Made by a program: the position numbers and the translations under genes. From NCBI GenBank assembly GCA_965178125.1, contig OZ237739.1, positions 806,001-870,000 of the forward strand: a stretch of 64,000 nt of DNA, read 5' to 3'. The notes under the pieces are model-generated. The model was not told the origin of the DNA. It was given only the letters and a program-made list of their open reading frames with translations, and ran no database searches. This document shows positions 37,089 through 50,300 of this stretch, in pieces. Position 1 is the first letter of the stretch. Each line of letters opens with the position of its first letter. This DNA comes from Bilabrum cf. latius. Lineage: Eukaryota.

Positions 37089-39842
37089 TCATCTGCTGCC
37101 AGGCAAGCACGCTCCATCCACCATGAGCACCCTTACGGAATACGCCGGCACCGTCACATTCGCAGCTGTGGGCAGGCTCTCCCACGAGCGCACCTGCCTG
37201 CCCTTGAGATCCACCAGGCTGACGGAGCAACCAGCGGCTGCATCTGCAGCTAAATGTGCCAATGTGTGCTACGGTTGTTCCTCTACCAGCACACCAGGCG
37301 CTCTCAGGTCGCGGGCCCACGCCCCTGCGGACTCCGCCACCCACACGGTCGCATTTGAGGTCGAGTTGCCGTCGGCGCTGGCCAGCACCACCGCCACGTC
37401 ACCTGAGTCATCCCTGCGGAACGTCCCCACGGAGAGGGCGGGAAATGACCACTCCTTCTGCGTGGCAGTGCCGTTGGAGCCGCGAGCAGGCACGGTGGAT
37501 CGGATCGTGGGGCCATCCACCCGTGGATTCCTCATCGCGCGACCCCTCGCCAAGTAGGCAGCGAACTGGGGCAAGGCCCCGGCGAGAGAGAAGAACGCCC
37601 GGCTCACCTCTTTGGTCCAGGCGGTCTGCCCGTGCAGGGGCCCGGGGTGCACGTCTGCGTCGAATGGCACGGGCAGCAACCCCCTCGCCACCGCGTTGGC
37701 GATCACTTTGGCCCGGACGGGGACACCCGGCCTCGACCCTCCCCCTTGCCCCTGGCCCTGCACGAGCGCAGCAGCCATGGCCGTCACCCTCTCGTGATGC
37801 ACGAAGGAGAACCCCCCGACGGCCCGCCCCATGCCCAGCCCCCAGCCCACCTCCCCGAACTGCCTCGACCAGAACGAAGCGAACCTAGAGGCCATCAGCT
37901 CGCTGCACTGCTCCGAGAGCAGCCCAACGGGCCGCCCCGCCGCGGCTGCCTGTTCCTTAACCTCGTCCACCACGTCTCGGATGCCCTCCCACATCCACCT
38001 GCCGAACCCCGGCGGGTGCCCGTGCGACTCATTGTAGCAGGGGTGCGCCTGCCCCGCGCCGATCTCCTGGTCGAACGAGACCAGAGGCACTCCACCGGTG
38101 GACGACGCGGACGGCGATCCGGAGAACCCGGGCGCGTGCCCCGCGAGAGCATTTCTCAGGTTGCCGTTGACGGACGTGAGTATGTCAACCATTGTCCTGC
38201 TGGCGTTGGCCTGCCCGTGGCACAGCTTGTGCGACAGGCCCCTCCAGGCCTGGCCGCAGTTGGGTACCCCGTAGCAATCCACCTCGAAGAGGGTCCCATT
38301 TCTGGTGGTCACCAGCATGTCGCTCAGCTGGGGCACAAGGCTAGAGTGGTCAAAGGCGGGCCCCCCACCGCTTGCCTCCCTTTTGACCACCCACCAGTAC
38401 CCAGACACGAGGAAGCCAACGCCGTCCCCGTGCCCTCGGAGCGAGTCCACGACGCTCATCCAGTCCTCAGCGGACGGCAATGGGGGCAGGTAGAATATCC
38501 CTGCCCATACACCGTCCTTCTCCCAGCCGTAAGGGATCGTGAACACCGGCGGCCCGCCCTGCATCCCGGTGGCAACGGAAAGGTTGGCCTTGTACTGCTG
38601 CATGTACCCCGGCAACTCCTCCAGATGAGGCCCGAATTTGCTGGGGTTAAAGCCGCCTTCCAGCTAGATCGCTGATATGAGTCCCAGCGCCCCTTGTTTT
38701 AAGAAGCCCGGCACGTCTTGCCTCTGAAGTAGCGTGCTTGTGCCGTTGAGCACGCCAGCGGACTCGGACCAGTCCCTGTACAGCGCTGCTGCGTCTTGCC
38801 AGCTGGGACTCAGCCTGATACCGGCAGCGCTCTTTAGTCCGGTACTATTCGGCTGGATCTAGAGCGGCTCCTGCAGAGTGTCCTGGCCTGCTTCGGGCCC
38901 TTGATACACCGCGAGCCCCACGGCGTACGGCAGGCTCATGCTCTGACCAGGTTCCAAGGGGACTTCCGGCCGCATGTGGGTGAAAGAGAGCAGGGCGGAT
39001 GGAGGCGTCGCATCGGGAACAGAGAGTCCCAGTGCCAGTGCCGCTGACCGTCCTTGACCTACTTGCTACTTGGCCCCCGGCCCGACTGCCAGCGTCATGG
39101 TCTTGACCTCGCCTGCCGTGTCTAGAGAAGCTGCCATGATTCCGCGCTGCCCGCTGTGGTGCGTCATGAACTGCATTGGGCACTGGCCCGGATAGATCCT
39201 TTCGCTGAATTGCAGCTGCGCAACCGAGGCATCAAGCAAGAAACCTCCGTCGCAGCTGGTAAACCCGGCGATCTCAGGGTCGTAGCTAGGCCCTCTAGAC
39301 GGATCTCGACTTGCGGTGACGTTCAAGTTTGATGCAAAGTTGGGCCATTGGATCGATGCGACCCGAATCGTCGCATTGTTATCAACATCTGCCTTGCGGG
39401 AGACTGCGATGGTTCCAGCGACCATGCCAAGCGAGTTGCGCCAGTACTGTACTTGCACTCCGATTCCAGCTGAACCCGGGGGGAAATAACACTTTGCTAA
39501 ATCGGCATTTGTGTACGATATGCTGATCCGGGAGCAGTTCTCAGGTGTTCCAACGACGCATGCTGAAGAGATCTGCCTGAAGCAGTGGGGCTGTACCGCA
39601 GCCATCGTAACATTTTCCGGCCACTATGATAGCATGAGCACAAATTCTCGATCGTATCCATTCTGTGATACTGATATGTGTTGCAGATCGCTGTTGCATG
39701 AGTCGACAACCTGAACTTGTCCTTGAGTGTCAACCGAAAGTGTCGCTGTACATGTCAAGCCGAGGCGGTCGCCGCTCCCAAACTACAGCTGTACCGCGGT
39801 AGCATAGCAAACGAGAGGAATGGTCAGACAGCACAATCGCAT
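37089..39842 (-). CDS. Secreted DUF6259-like putative glycoside hydrolase, about 917 aa
   Basis: Signal-peptide-like MRLCCLTIPLVCYATA. One frame across about 6 TAGs. Motifs IYPGQCPMQFM, WQDAAALYRDW, YGWEKDGVW..YLPP, SFDQEIG..CYNESHGHPPGFG and LSEQCSE recall bacterial DUF6259 proteins. Ends in TGA. Confidence 0.6.
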
Positions 39843-40537
39843 TCTTTCTGTGTCGGGAGAGAGCGATAAATTTGTGTGATTCAAACTACACGCTACGTTG
39901 GTGAGGCCAACGAGTGAAGGCAGCAGGCTGGGGGCCTGTGGGGGACCACACTGATGGCGAAGAATGGGAACTCGGCGGCATAGGCTGAGAACGGGGGGCC
40001 TTTGGCCTGAAAGGGTCGGGGGTCTTGTAGTCCTTTGTTTTTAGGGCTCCTCTGGATCTAGGTGATCACCCAAACCCCCTCGGGGGCGACGGTGCATCTG
40101 GGTGCTTATGGAATCTTTACCCAACAATGTATTTCTGTATTTCTGTACGAGGTCTCTGACATTGAGGTCGCACGTTGGGCGCGGTACCTGCTCGAGGCGC
40201 AGGATCAGATGCGACGCAGCGAAGCGGGAGAGGGGGCGGTCGAGGAGGCCAGGTCAGTCAGGAACGAGCAGGAGCAGCGACTAGGGGTGGGGCGAGGAGG
40301 GACAAGGGCGGAGTAGGGAGGGGTGACGGTTCACCAAGTGGGTGGAGGAATAGTGGAGGAAATGATTGGTGCTAGTGGCGTCATCTGGTTGATACGGTGG
40401 ATTGGCAGGGAGTTCGGCGGCAATCAAGCCGCACGCTATTCGGGCGCTGAGGAGCAGTACTTCCGACTTCAGTGTCTTCGTAGCAACTATCGATCTTTAG
40501 GTGGAAGCTGCGGAGCGTAATTGAGTAGCTTGCTGTG

Positions 40538-43500
40538 TTACTTATGCAGCTACACTGTTCCAACACCGCCCACGGTATCTGCCAGGATCGCCATGTCGGT
40601 GACGGGCTGCGCCGAGTCCATCACCCTTACAGCCACGTCCTCCTGAAACGACACTCGCCTCGTCAGCGCGCCGCTCGAGCGGTGCAGGGTGTCTTCGTCA
40701 GTACCGCCTTCTGCCTCCACGAGCGGCCCAGACCCCGACATATCCGGTCCATCCCACGCTTCCCAATCAGGGTGCGCGGTGAGGTTGCCGCCGCTACTGG
40801 CAGCCACTCCCGATTCAGCGGGGTCTGATGGCGTGCATACATCTACAGCGTGCCCATCCTGGTGCATGCAAGCTGTTTCATGCGTATGAGACCCATCTCT
40901 TGTTTTCTCAATAGCATCTGTGCATCTATCCCGATCCCCAACTTCTCCTCCCTGCACTGCCTCACCAGCAGCGATCCCCAGCACCATCTCCTCTAGTGGT
41001 ACGCCGCCAGTAAGCAGTTCTGCAGACCCGCTCCGCCCGTGCCTTGCGCGGCTCGGTGCCGTAGACGGCCCAAGCTCTGGACTCAAGCGCGGGCTAATCT
41101 GCTGAGGGCGAAGGGATCGGCCAGCCAGAGCTGCGATCGCAGAAGATACGACATCGTCGTCCCCGCGGACGCCCGGTGACCCGACCTCGAAGACGCCCAC
41201 AGCCTGCGCGCTGCTGCGAGGGGCCCTCACAGGGACGGGAACCTGCAAAGATCCCGTGGAGCCGCGCCGCTCCTTGCCCCCCGATCGCGCGCGAGTGAGG
41301 CTGAACGCCTGAGAACCCGTGGGGCCGGTGCCAGGTGCAGCCCCTATCTGCCTGGGCGAGTCCAGCGCAGTTCCATCCGGGCTGGTGCCATCACGGAGCC
41401 TGGTCCAAGCGATCAAAGGCGAGCTGCTGGAGCCGACTCCGCGGGTCAAGTGTGCATCAGGAGCAGGAACTAGAGATCTGGGTGCGAACGCTTGCTGAGA
41501 CAGACTGTCGATACCTGCTGGAGCAGCGGCAGCCTCGATACCGCCGAGCGCCACAGCCCTAGGTACAGCATTCTCGCAGGCAACCATTCCCAAGTTCGAG
41601 ATTTCCTTAGACTTTGCGTAATCGAGCAGGCCGTAGTCGTTCACGTCTGGGCGAACGTACACGAACCTGCCGCCGAATCCATCCTTGCCAGCTCGGTCCA
41701 GCAGCTGCTTGATGTGCATCGTGTGGCTGATGTACGACAGCGAGAGCGAGACGTGCGACGTGCTGGGCAGCTGCACGGGTGGAGCCAGCCCCACTGTCGA
41801 CATGATCCAGCGCATGAGCACCCACCACCCGGAGATGCTGTCACCGTAGTCTGGAAACGAGTGCAGCAGGGGGTTGATCTTGCTCTCAACGTCAACGGCT
41901 ACCACAGACCGGATCTGCGGGCATACCACGCCAATGACGTCCACTGGGAGGTTGTTGCAGTAGCCTCCATCCACCAGCAGGTTCTGCCCGTTCGCGCTCT
42001 TGATTGGGGGCAGCAGCCCAATGATGGTCATCGAAGCCCGCACGTACCGCCACAGCGGGCCCGTGCGGTGCACTTCCATGCGGCTGCGAGTCACGTTAGT
42101 GCTGATGCAAAAGTAGTTGATCCAGAGGTCCTCAATCTGCGAGCCAAAGCCCATGGCATCCTGGATAGCCTCGTTGAAGGAGGCCCCATCAAAATACGAC
42201 AGCAAGGGAAGCGTCGCGCTCTGCAGCAACTAAAGCGGGTCTCCGATGGCGCCTGCCAGTCGGCCCGCAGCCACTTCAACGCCCTCGATGGACTGCGTGA
42301 GGCACCATGCAGCGCCCATGAAGGCGCCCTACGAAGTGCCCCCCACCGCGTCGATCGGAATTCCCTGCCTCTGCAGGGCCTTCATCACGCCCATGTGGGC
42401 CAGGCCACGAGCACCTCCTCCGCCAAGTACGAGCGCCACCGCCTTGCCAGACACTAGTCGCGCGAGCCTCGCGTAATCCGATAGCTCCTCCTCCCTGATG
42501 TGGTGATGATACTGCACCTGCCGCTGTCGGAGCCACTTCCTAGTCTGCTTGGGCACTACCGTGCCTGGAGGATGCAGCAGCACCAGCTCAACGCGGACTC
42601 CCCGGTGCATTGCATCATGTGGTTGCTTGCTGGGACTCTGGCGGCGAGGCGAGCCTGCGGAACCGCTAGCATAGCCTTGGTGCGAGGCACCAGACAAGCC
42701 GGATGATCGCCACAGGGACGACCCCTCCGGTCCCAGGCTGGAAGCCGCAGGCCCGGGGACGTGCAGCACGCTCGCCGCGAGCCGCACACCTTCTGCTGCT
42801 GCCTGTACGGCAGTTCGTCCGATTCGATCCACAGCCCGCCCAAAGTCAGAGTCTGGACCTCGAGCCAGCCTCCCGCTGTCGCTTGTGCCGTGTGCAAGAC
42901 CGTCATCCTCTCCAGCACCTCCGAAGACGCACACTTCTTCCACGGCCGATAGCTGGGCTTCTCGCTCCGCTTTCTCCTCCTCGCCCACGCCCTAACCGAC
43001 GCACAGAACCAAGTCGGCCTGGCTGCAGCACAGGCGCTGCCAGGGAGAGACGTACCCGGGGCCCCTGGCTCGATGGACAGCGTCGTCGGAGTCTGCAACC
43101 AGCAGCACAAACCTGTGGGACTCCTCGGCCTCCCCAATTACCGTGGTAGCTCGAGATCGTCGAACGTGCCAGCTCTCGGCGCGTCGCAGGCTGGGAGGCA
43201 CCCCGAGGGCAGCAGCGCTCGCATCCGGCATGGCGATCCTCGACGTCAGGATACACACCACAGGGTGCCAGTCTCCCACTGTTGGTGCTGCGTTTGCGCC
43301 CTGTGCGTGGAATTCAGCTCCAAATGAATGCGAGTGGGAATTGTACTTGTCTCGCCTGACTGCAAAAGAGGTTGCGTGGGCCAGAGAGCCGCTGGCCCGG
43401 CCCGGTGAATCGGCCGAAGCAGCCAGGCCGTGCTGCTGCCACGGCAGCTGAGACAACCTCTGCCCATGCGAGCCAGAGAATTTTGACCCAAGGCCTACTG

Positions 43501-46500
43501 ACCCCGTGGGAGAAGCATCGTGCCAGGGGCTCTAAGTCGCATCCCTGCCACCGCTCCACGAAAAACCTACTCCCGCCTGTGGTGAAACCCCTCCACCGTG
43601 CAGGACCTGCAGCTAGGCAGCCAGCCGCAGGGCAAACTGCTGCAAATCCACCGCGCCCGGTTGCCTACCAGCAGATACTATGGCAATGGTGCGATTCCGG
43701 CTGCTGCTCAGCTTTGGCAGCTTGTTTACGCCCACCGCTCCAGAGAACAGCATGGAGGAGACTGCAGGTCCCACTCCGAGGATTGAAATCAACGATGACT
43801 CCTCGCCCCGACTGGTTTCTTGCCCCCCGCCGCCCTGTACGGCCATCTAGCTGCTGCCAATCAAACTATCCGGCGTGCCGCGAGAAGCGGTTCGCGGTGC
43901 TACGGGTGCTGCTGCCTCTGCCGACGCCGTCGACTACCCTGAAGACGACGCCATCATTCGCCGTGCTAGCGACCGGGCTGCGTGGGCCAGTGCAAGCGGA
44001 CTCTTATTGACGATTCGCTTGAACGCCGCCACTGACACCATGACCAGCTCGCAGTCTCGTACGCAAACCGCAGTCGAGCTACGCACGGGTACGTTCTACG
44101 GTCCCAGCGGTGCCAGCAGATCCACGCTGCCACGGGCGGCACCAGCTGCATCGGACGACGCAGCAGTGGCTGCTCCAATCTGCGATAGCACGGCCGCTTC
44201 GCCAAATGTGTCACCCCTCTGGGCATCCCACGAGTCTCCGCCTGCGTGGTCCAGGACGGACTTGGAATCGTTTTGCGCCTGCAGCCTCACCCGTCCATTT
44301 ACCACGATAAAGAATGCCATGGCTGGATCTCCGGGACGGAAAAGAACCTGTCCCGACCGCAGCCACAGTCGCTATAGCCCACATGATAGGAATCGCCGCA
44401 GCAGCGGGGTAAGTAGACGAGCAGCCCTGCCGCACACAAGGGCGAGAGCAACCGAATGCACCGATGCGTGCTGGTCCATGAGCGCGATGGATGCCTGATG
44501 CTCCTGCTCGCTCCCATCCTCAGTGTCAGACTCTCGCTTGGCAGTAGTGGCCTGCCCTAGTTCACCGGTGCTAGCCTACCTATCGTCGTTCTCCCAACTG
44601 CGCTTGCGTTGCGGAGGAGCACCATCTGCCATGGTGGACGCGAGCTCCAGCAGCATACGGGGAAACACTGCAACTTCGGTCTGCTTGCATGCCGTCGCGC
44701 TGTGGTCATGCTTCCTTCGAGACAAGCAAGCAACACCACCGACAATGTCGCCGACAGCGCAGAACCGCTGCAGACACCGCCGGGACAACCGAGCTAGCAC
44801 CTGCTCTGGCCCTTCACCAACCCCGATCTGCTCAGACATTGAGCTGCTGAGGCCGCGTGCCTAGTCACTGCCATCGATGTCGTAGCCGAAGCTTTCGTCT
44901 TCCATGGGTTCAGAGAAAGCGGTGGCACGCCCATCGCCTCTAGTAGCACTAGACATGCCCGCGGCCTGGGCCACGAGCTCTGAATGCCGCTGCTCCCAAC
45001 CTTGTGGCGAATGGCCTGACCAGCACAAGACAGACCCACTCACCACGACGTACACACAGTCTGCTGGGTCACCCTCCTGGAATAGTTGGTCCCCGGGCTG
45101 AAGCTAGATTCGTCTCCAAGCTGCTTTCACTACCTGCTCAAAGTTGCCAGGCTCGCTGTCAGGATCAACCCAGCACGCGGCTCTTGCAGGGTCTTGCAAA
45201 CCAACAGAAACGTGCTCCGCAGCACCTTCTGCTGCACCACTTGGCCTTTCAAGTATACCTCCAGTGCTACTACTTGCATTGTTTTCATCCGCGCTGCTGC
45301 TACGCCTTCGACCCGGCGGTCTGACCCCCTGGGGTGCTGCTTGCGTGCCTGCCGGAGCTTCGTCTGGGGCTGCCAAAGCAAGAGATTCACCGCGTTCGGC
45401 TATACTCTCCAGGCCCCATCCTGATAGCCACGCCTGCTTGGAAGGCGGCTCAATGGCGAGTGGGAGCGCCGCCTCGGGGTGCAGGTGTTCCCCCAGCGCG
45501 AACCGAGCAACCTTCCACTGCCTAGCCGTCGTGTGCAGCACGAACGAGACCATCTGACCAGGCCGGTTTCGCAGCAGCCAATGCAGCGTGGTGAAGTCTA
45601 TCTTCAAGATGCTTGACCTGCGTCGAATCACCCGAGCGGACACGCGCCATGTTTCCCCGGGTCCAGCCAGCAGGGCGTTCTCTCCGAGAGTCTGGCCGCT
45701 GCCGAAGATGCACAATGGCTACCTCTGCCCCAATGCTCTACCCATGGCATCGCTGTCCGCTACAGGCTCGTACACACCAACGAGTCCATCAACTACAATA
45801 TACATACCAACCGATTTGGTTTCTCCCGCCCGGAAGAGCCACTACCCTGGCATCAGGTGCAGCTGCTCGCTATGCTGGAAGATGGCTTCGGCCGCAGACG
45901 CACTCAGCCCATGGATTGTGCGCTGTAGTCGCCGCAATAGCCGCTAAACAGTCTTATCTGCTTCGAATCCTGACTACCGCCGCCGAGGTGAGGCGCTTGC
46001 ACCTTCCTCCTACGCTCGCAGCAGCGAGGGGTGCTGGCCGGCACTCGCGGCCTGCCCCGTGCCCGTCTAGCTCACAGACTGAACCCACTACCCTGCTGCA
46101 GCTCCCGCCCCTGTGCCCTCCTCCACCTCTCTGTCGTCTCCGCCATGGCCGCCTACTTCTTCCTCTTCATCCTCCCCATCGCTGTCCGACCCCTGCTCGT
46201 CATCTGAGACAAGATCTTCGTCCTCCCCGTCCTTAACTCCGGTCCCGCCTTCCTTGTCCGCATCTCCGTGCTGGTCACCGCCCGCGTCCCCGTGATCGGA
46301 TTCTGGTAGCAGCAACTTACCCCCGAACTGCCCCGAACGCTTCGATGAGTCGCCTCGCCTGCGATGCTTCGCCGAAACCTCCAAATCGCTACTAGAACTG
46401 GCGTCGCGGTCGAGAGGCGAGCCGTCGCGCGCTGGTCCCTCGGCAACTTGGCTCGGACCGTCAGGACTATCCTCGGTGTGCCGAGCAGGGTACGCATCCA

Positions 46501-46534
46501 AGACATCATCAGGCTACAGTTCGGCGCCATACAT
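40538..46534 (-). CDS. NTE1: Neuropathy target esterase / NTE1 (PNPLA6/7) lysophospholipase: cNMP-binding domains plus patatin, about 2000 aa, intronless
   Basis: All minus-strand ORF fragments from 46534 to 40550 share one frame separated only by TAG. Three cNMP-like segments, then [17 protein letters not shown] and LVDGGY patatin motifs. Ends TAG-CTG-CAT-AAG-TAA. Start uncertain. Confidence 0.88.
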
Positions 46535-47363
46535 GAGCCACCTCTGCGGCAGGGGGACAGTAACGATTCGGAAGCAAAACTCTCTGTGTGAAGCAGTGGG
46601 CTTGTTTGGCTTGCATCATATTCTGCAATTTAGCTTACAGCAAGAAGTCGGACGCGACGTGAATATCGGAATCCAAAATACGCCATCGCTGCAAGGAGAA
46701 TGTATGAGAATCTGCTCTTTCGTAAAACCCAGACCATTCCGCCCAGTCCCGGGACGGAATCAAGCTTGTCGGCAAGAAATAGTCGCGCAGAACGCCGTGG
46801 GATGCCCCGCTATCTACGTTGCCTGCGTTGAAAAGGAATATTTAATGCGCCTATGCAGAATCCATCGCAAGTGCTAGACGCAACGTTGTCAAGGCTGGAC
46901 GCAGTCCACTTGGCCATTTCAAACTTCAAATTCTCACCAATCTCTCGTCAGCGCAACGCCGATCAATAAGGCACCCAAGCCAATCACTGCAGCTCGTGCA
47001 ACATTCTGCCGAGAGGCCGAGGACGAATCCATACCACTAGAATCGATCCAAATTGACGTATGAAATACGGCTAGCCAGCAACTACTTAACAGTAGTACGT
47101 TGAACCACAGAGATGCAAACTAGCAAGCCTAGACTCTGTGGTGCAAGTCTCAAAGTCGAATTTTGACGAACCTTTCAATCCGAGCCAAAGGAACGTTCAT
47201 TGCATCACAAACATCAACTTCAGAACTTGGGTTATATTTCCCGTATTTCACATGATACACTCCCAAATCCTTAAATTCTAAGGTCAAAATGCTAGTGATG
47301 AGCTGTTGAGGGGAATATTTCCATGAATTTCCCACTTTAACTGAGCTAGGCAGGAGCCAAATT

Positions 47364-50300
47364 ATGCAGAGGCAGCATGGGCATGTTCAAGTACGACGGC
47401 CAATGGGCAAGCCTTTCCATGTATTCGCCAAAATTTTAGGATCAAACTGCAACGAAGTTGCCTTGGCAGCATCGCTCTGTGCTAGTAGTCAGGATTCTGC
47501 GTGTCTTGTTCGAGTAGGTGCTCCTGTTGCTGGTGTGCTAGGGTACGAATTTGACACGCCAGTCGGCGGGGCCTCGGGTGCATTCCTTATCCATTGCTAG
47601 AAAGATGTACTTGTTGTGCTGTTGTCAGTTCAGGACGACTTAAATCTCCGATTCAGGGTTGCGGGCCGTGTCAGGACTGGAGATCAAGTGCAAAGGCACA
47701 GCTAGCAGGCGAGCCATCTTCCTGAAGCACGAGTGTGTGCCTGTGAGCTGCTTCCGCCTTCAAGCATAAAATCAAGCGGAGGGGGTGAGACTATGGTCCT
47801 ACAGCTTGTCGGAATCCGCACGGACGGATGCGTGGTGCGCGCGTCCATCACGGGGCCAACCGCGTGCAATGCATACTGGAGGCCATCAGGCATCCTGGGT
47901 AACCAAATAGTAAAGTGCTTGCAAAATGACGCCTCTTGGCACCGCTCATAGTCAGCGGCACTAGCCGCTCGAGAGGCCGAGGCACTTGCGGAGGAAAGAC
48001 GAGGCGCGGGGCTTCCAAGCGACGCGGACCCTACATCAATGCTTCTCCACTCTATGGCGCGTGATGGCGAAGATGAAAACTCTATGGCTGGGTTAGACAT
48101 AGCTGGGAGCCAAATTCTTGATGTGAGTGCTCTGGCGACCCCTGATGCAGCACTGCGCGCAGACGCTTCGAACGAGGATGCGCTGCATGCAGGGCAGCAC
48201 AGGAAGCACGCAGACTGGCAGCGACTTTCTGCCGTGCTGCGGCTGCGTCGCGGGACAGCAGCTCCTCGAGCCCTCATTCCGTCTATTATTGACGAGCTTA
48301 CACGATCACACGGCGGCCCTGCGGCCTCGTGTGCCGAGCCCAGCAGCGTAGGCATTCAGGTTCTGTCGCTGCCGAGGTCCAGCTCGGATGGGTTCGTGCT
48401 CCTGGGAAGGACCCGATCTGCCCTGTTCTGCTTTCGGCTGAAAGCTGGATGCAACGGTGGTGATCTTGGCTCAGGCAAGCTCCAAGCGCTACCAACCGTG
48501 ATCTTAGACGGGGCAACGCACCCGAGCCGGCCATCGTGGTCACTGTCCGGCAGCGGTCCAGAGGGCAGGGATCAGGGCGGAGTGATTCCTCCGACAAAAG
48601 TGTGCCGCATTCTTGCTAAAGTGGATGTAACCGGTGTGCCTGCGTGGATCAAGCACGGGAGCGACATGTCTGGCCGCTTGGCTGAGTTCAAAGGGCGGCT
48701 CCAAGACGGCAGGAGGTACCAGCCCCTGACTGCAGCTTCGAGCGGAATGGAGCGGCAGGACCAGGACGATGCGAACCTCGGCTTAGGTCCAGGCGAAATA
48801 CTGGGGATCCCTCCATCTCTTGAGGCAGTGGAAATGTTTTAGGAATAGCTCGCGCAGTGGAGAGCCGACGGGATGCTTGGCACACCTCCATAGCCGCCAG
48901 ACGGGTATGTGCAGGACGACAAGACACGGCCGCGCGTCACGGAATCTGCAGGGGCTACTCTTGGGAGACACGCATTATCAGATGCAAGATAGGGGCAGAA
49001 GCGAATAGATCCATTGTAGATGCTGTTGGAGGGTGGTGAGTCTGGAGAGGAAAGTGTTGATGAGGCCGCTGACGGTTTCCCTGGTGGTGGCCAGCAAGCC
49101 GACGCTGAGAGCGCCGGCCACGATGGATAGGAGATTCCTACCGGTGCCGCAAGTCGTGCTACTCCTGCAGCAACGGCGGATGTCGGCAGCAACGCAGGGT
49201 CTCGTGCTTCTCGGGATGTGGTTGGCGGCAACATCCAGCCGATCCAGGTGGATGGCGGGTACTCGGAACGATTCGTAGACGCTGCTGCAGTTCGGTATAG
49301 TTCAGTGGGAGGTATCGCTCAACATTTCAATGCAGTTATAGCTGTGACATCTTCCGATGTGATGGTGTACCGCACTTCCGCTGTGCTGGCTGCTCTTGAT
49401 CTCGTTGACCAAGCATCCGGCTCGGCTTGCCTGGACGTGCCTTCTGCTGGCATTGCCAGGGTATAGCACGGCTGCCCTGCCTCTCCACCAGCGATCGCAA
49501 CATGTCTGGAGCCACTCCCGCTGCCCGGTGCGAGCGCAAGGGTAGCTTTGATCTCTCAGCCTTGCAGAACAGGTCTGTTGCTGCAGATCAACGGTTTGGA
49601 GCTGGACACGGCGCAGGCGCACCGCTCCTCACAGCCGGATAGGAATGCACCCCTGTCACCCGCTGACTGGCAAACAGCGCTGCAACTTGCAGCATCGAAT
49701 AGAAATCACGGATCTGCGAGGAGGCGGCGAAAGCGGCGGCCGCTCGACGTGGCTTCCTGCTCGTGTATGCCCAAGCAGACCGTGGCGTCCGTGACTGTGG
49801 TAGACAGAGTCCAGCTGCCGGAGCACAACAGGCTTCGGTAGGTGTTTGCGATTCCAGTGCAAAGCACTGAGCAGTCAGTTCTGTCTGATGCTTGGACTGG
49901 TGCTGCCCTCTTCGCAACAGCAGAGGATGGTACTGCACTCCATGCAGCTGCTGAGGGGCATGGCATCAATTGGCGCCAGCCGAAGCAACCGTAGCCGCAG
50001 GCATCCAGTTGCGTGCCTTACCAGTGGACTTGGTTTCCGGAAGAAACATAGCCGACCCAGCATGTGCGATCGGCACAAGCCCTCATGCAAGGCGCAGACG
50101 ACAGAACGTCAAGTCTAGAAGACAGGCTTCTGCATTCCATCGCGCTGGGTACCGCTCCAAGCATGATTCCGGCAGTACGTGAGGCTTCGAAACACGTTAG
50201 TCAGCTCGCTGCTGTCGCTGGATTGCCTCAAAGTGTCACTGGGCAGATGCAGAGCATGGCAGACTTGCGACGGCTTGCCATGGCGCAACTGCTTCCGGTT

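Noticed and set aside
39950-40520. Short plus-strand ORFs between the DUF6259-like gene and NTE1
   Set aside because: No recognisable domain or consistent gene structure.
47150-47335. AT-rich 61-aa minus-strand ORF
   Set aside because: No clear ATG start or homology, and it lies in a divergent promoter region.
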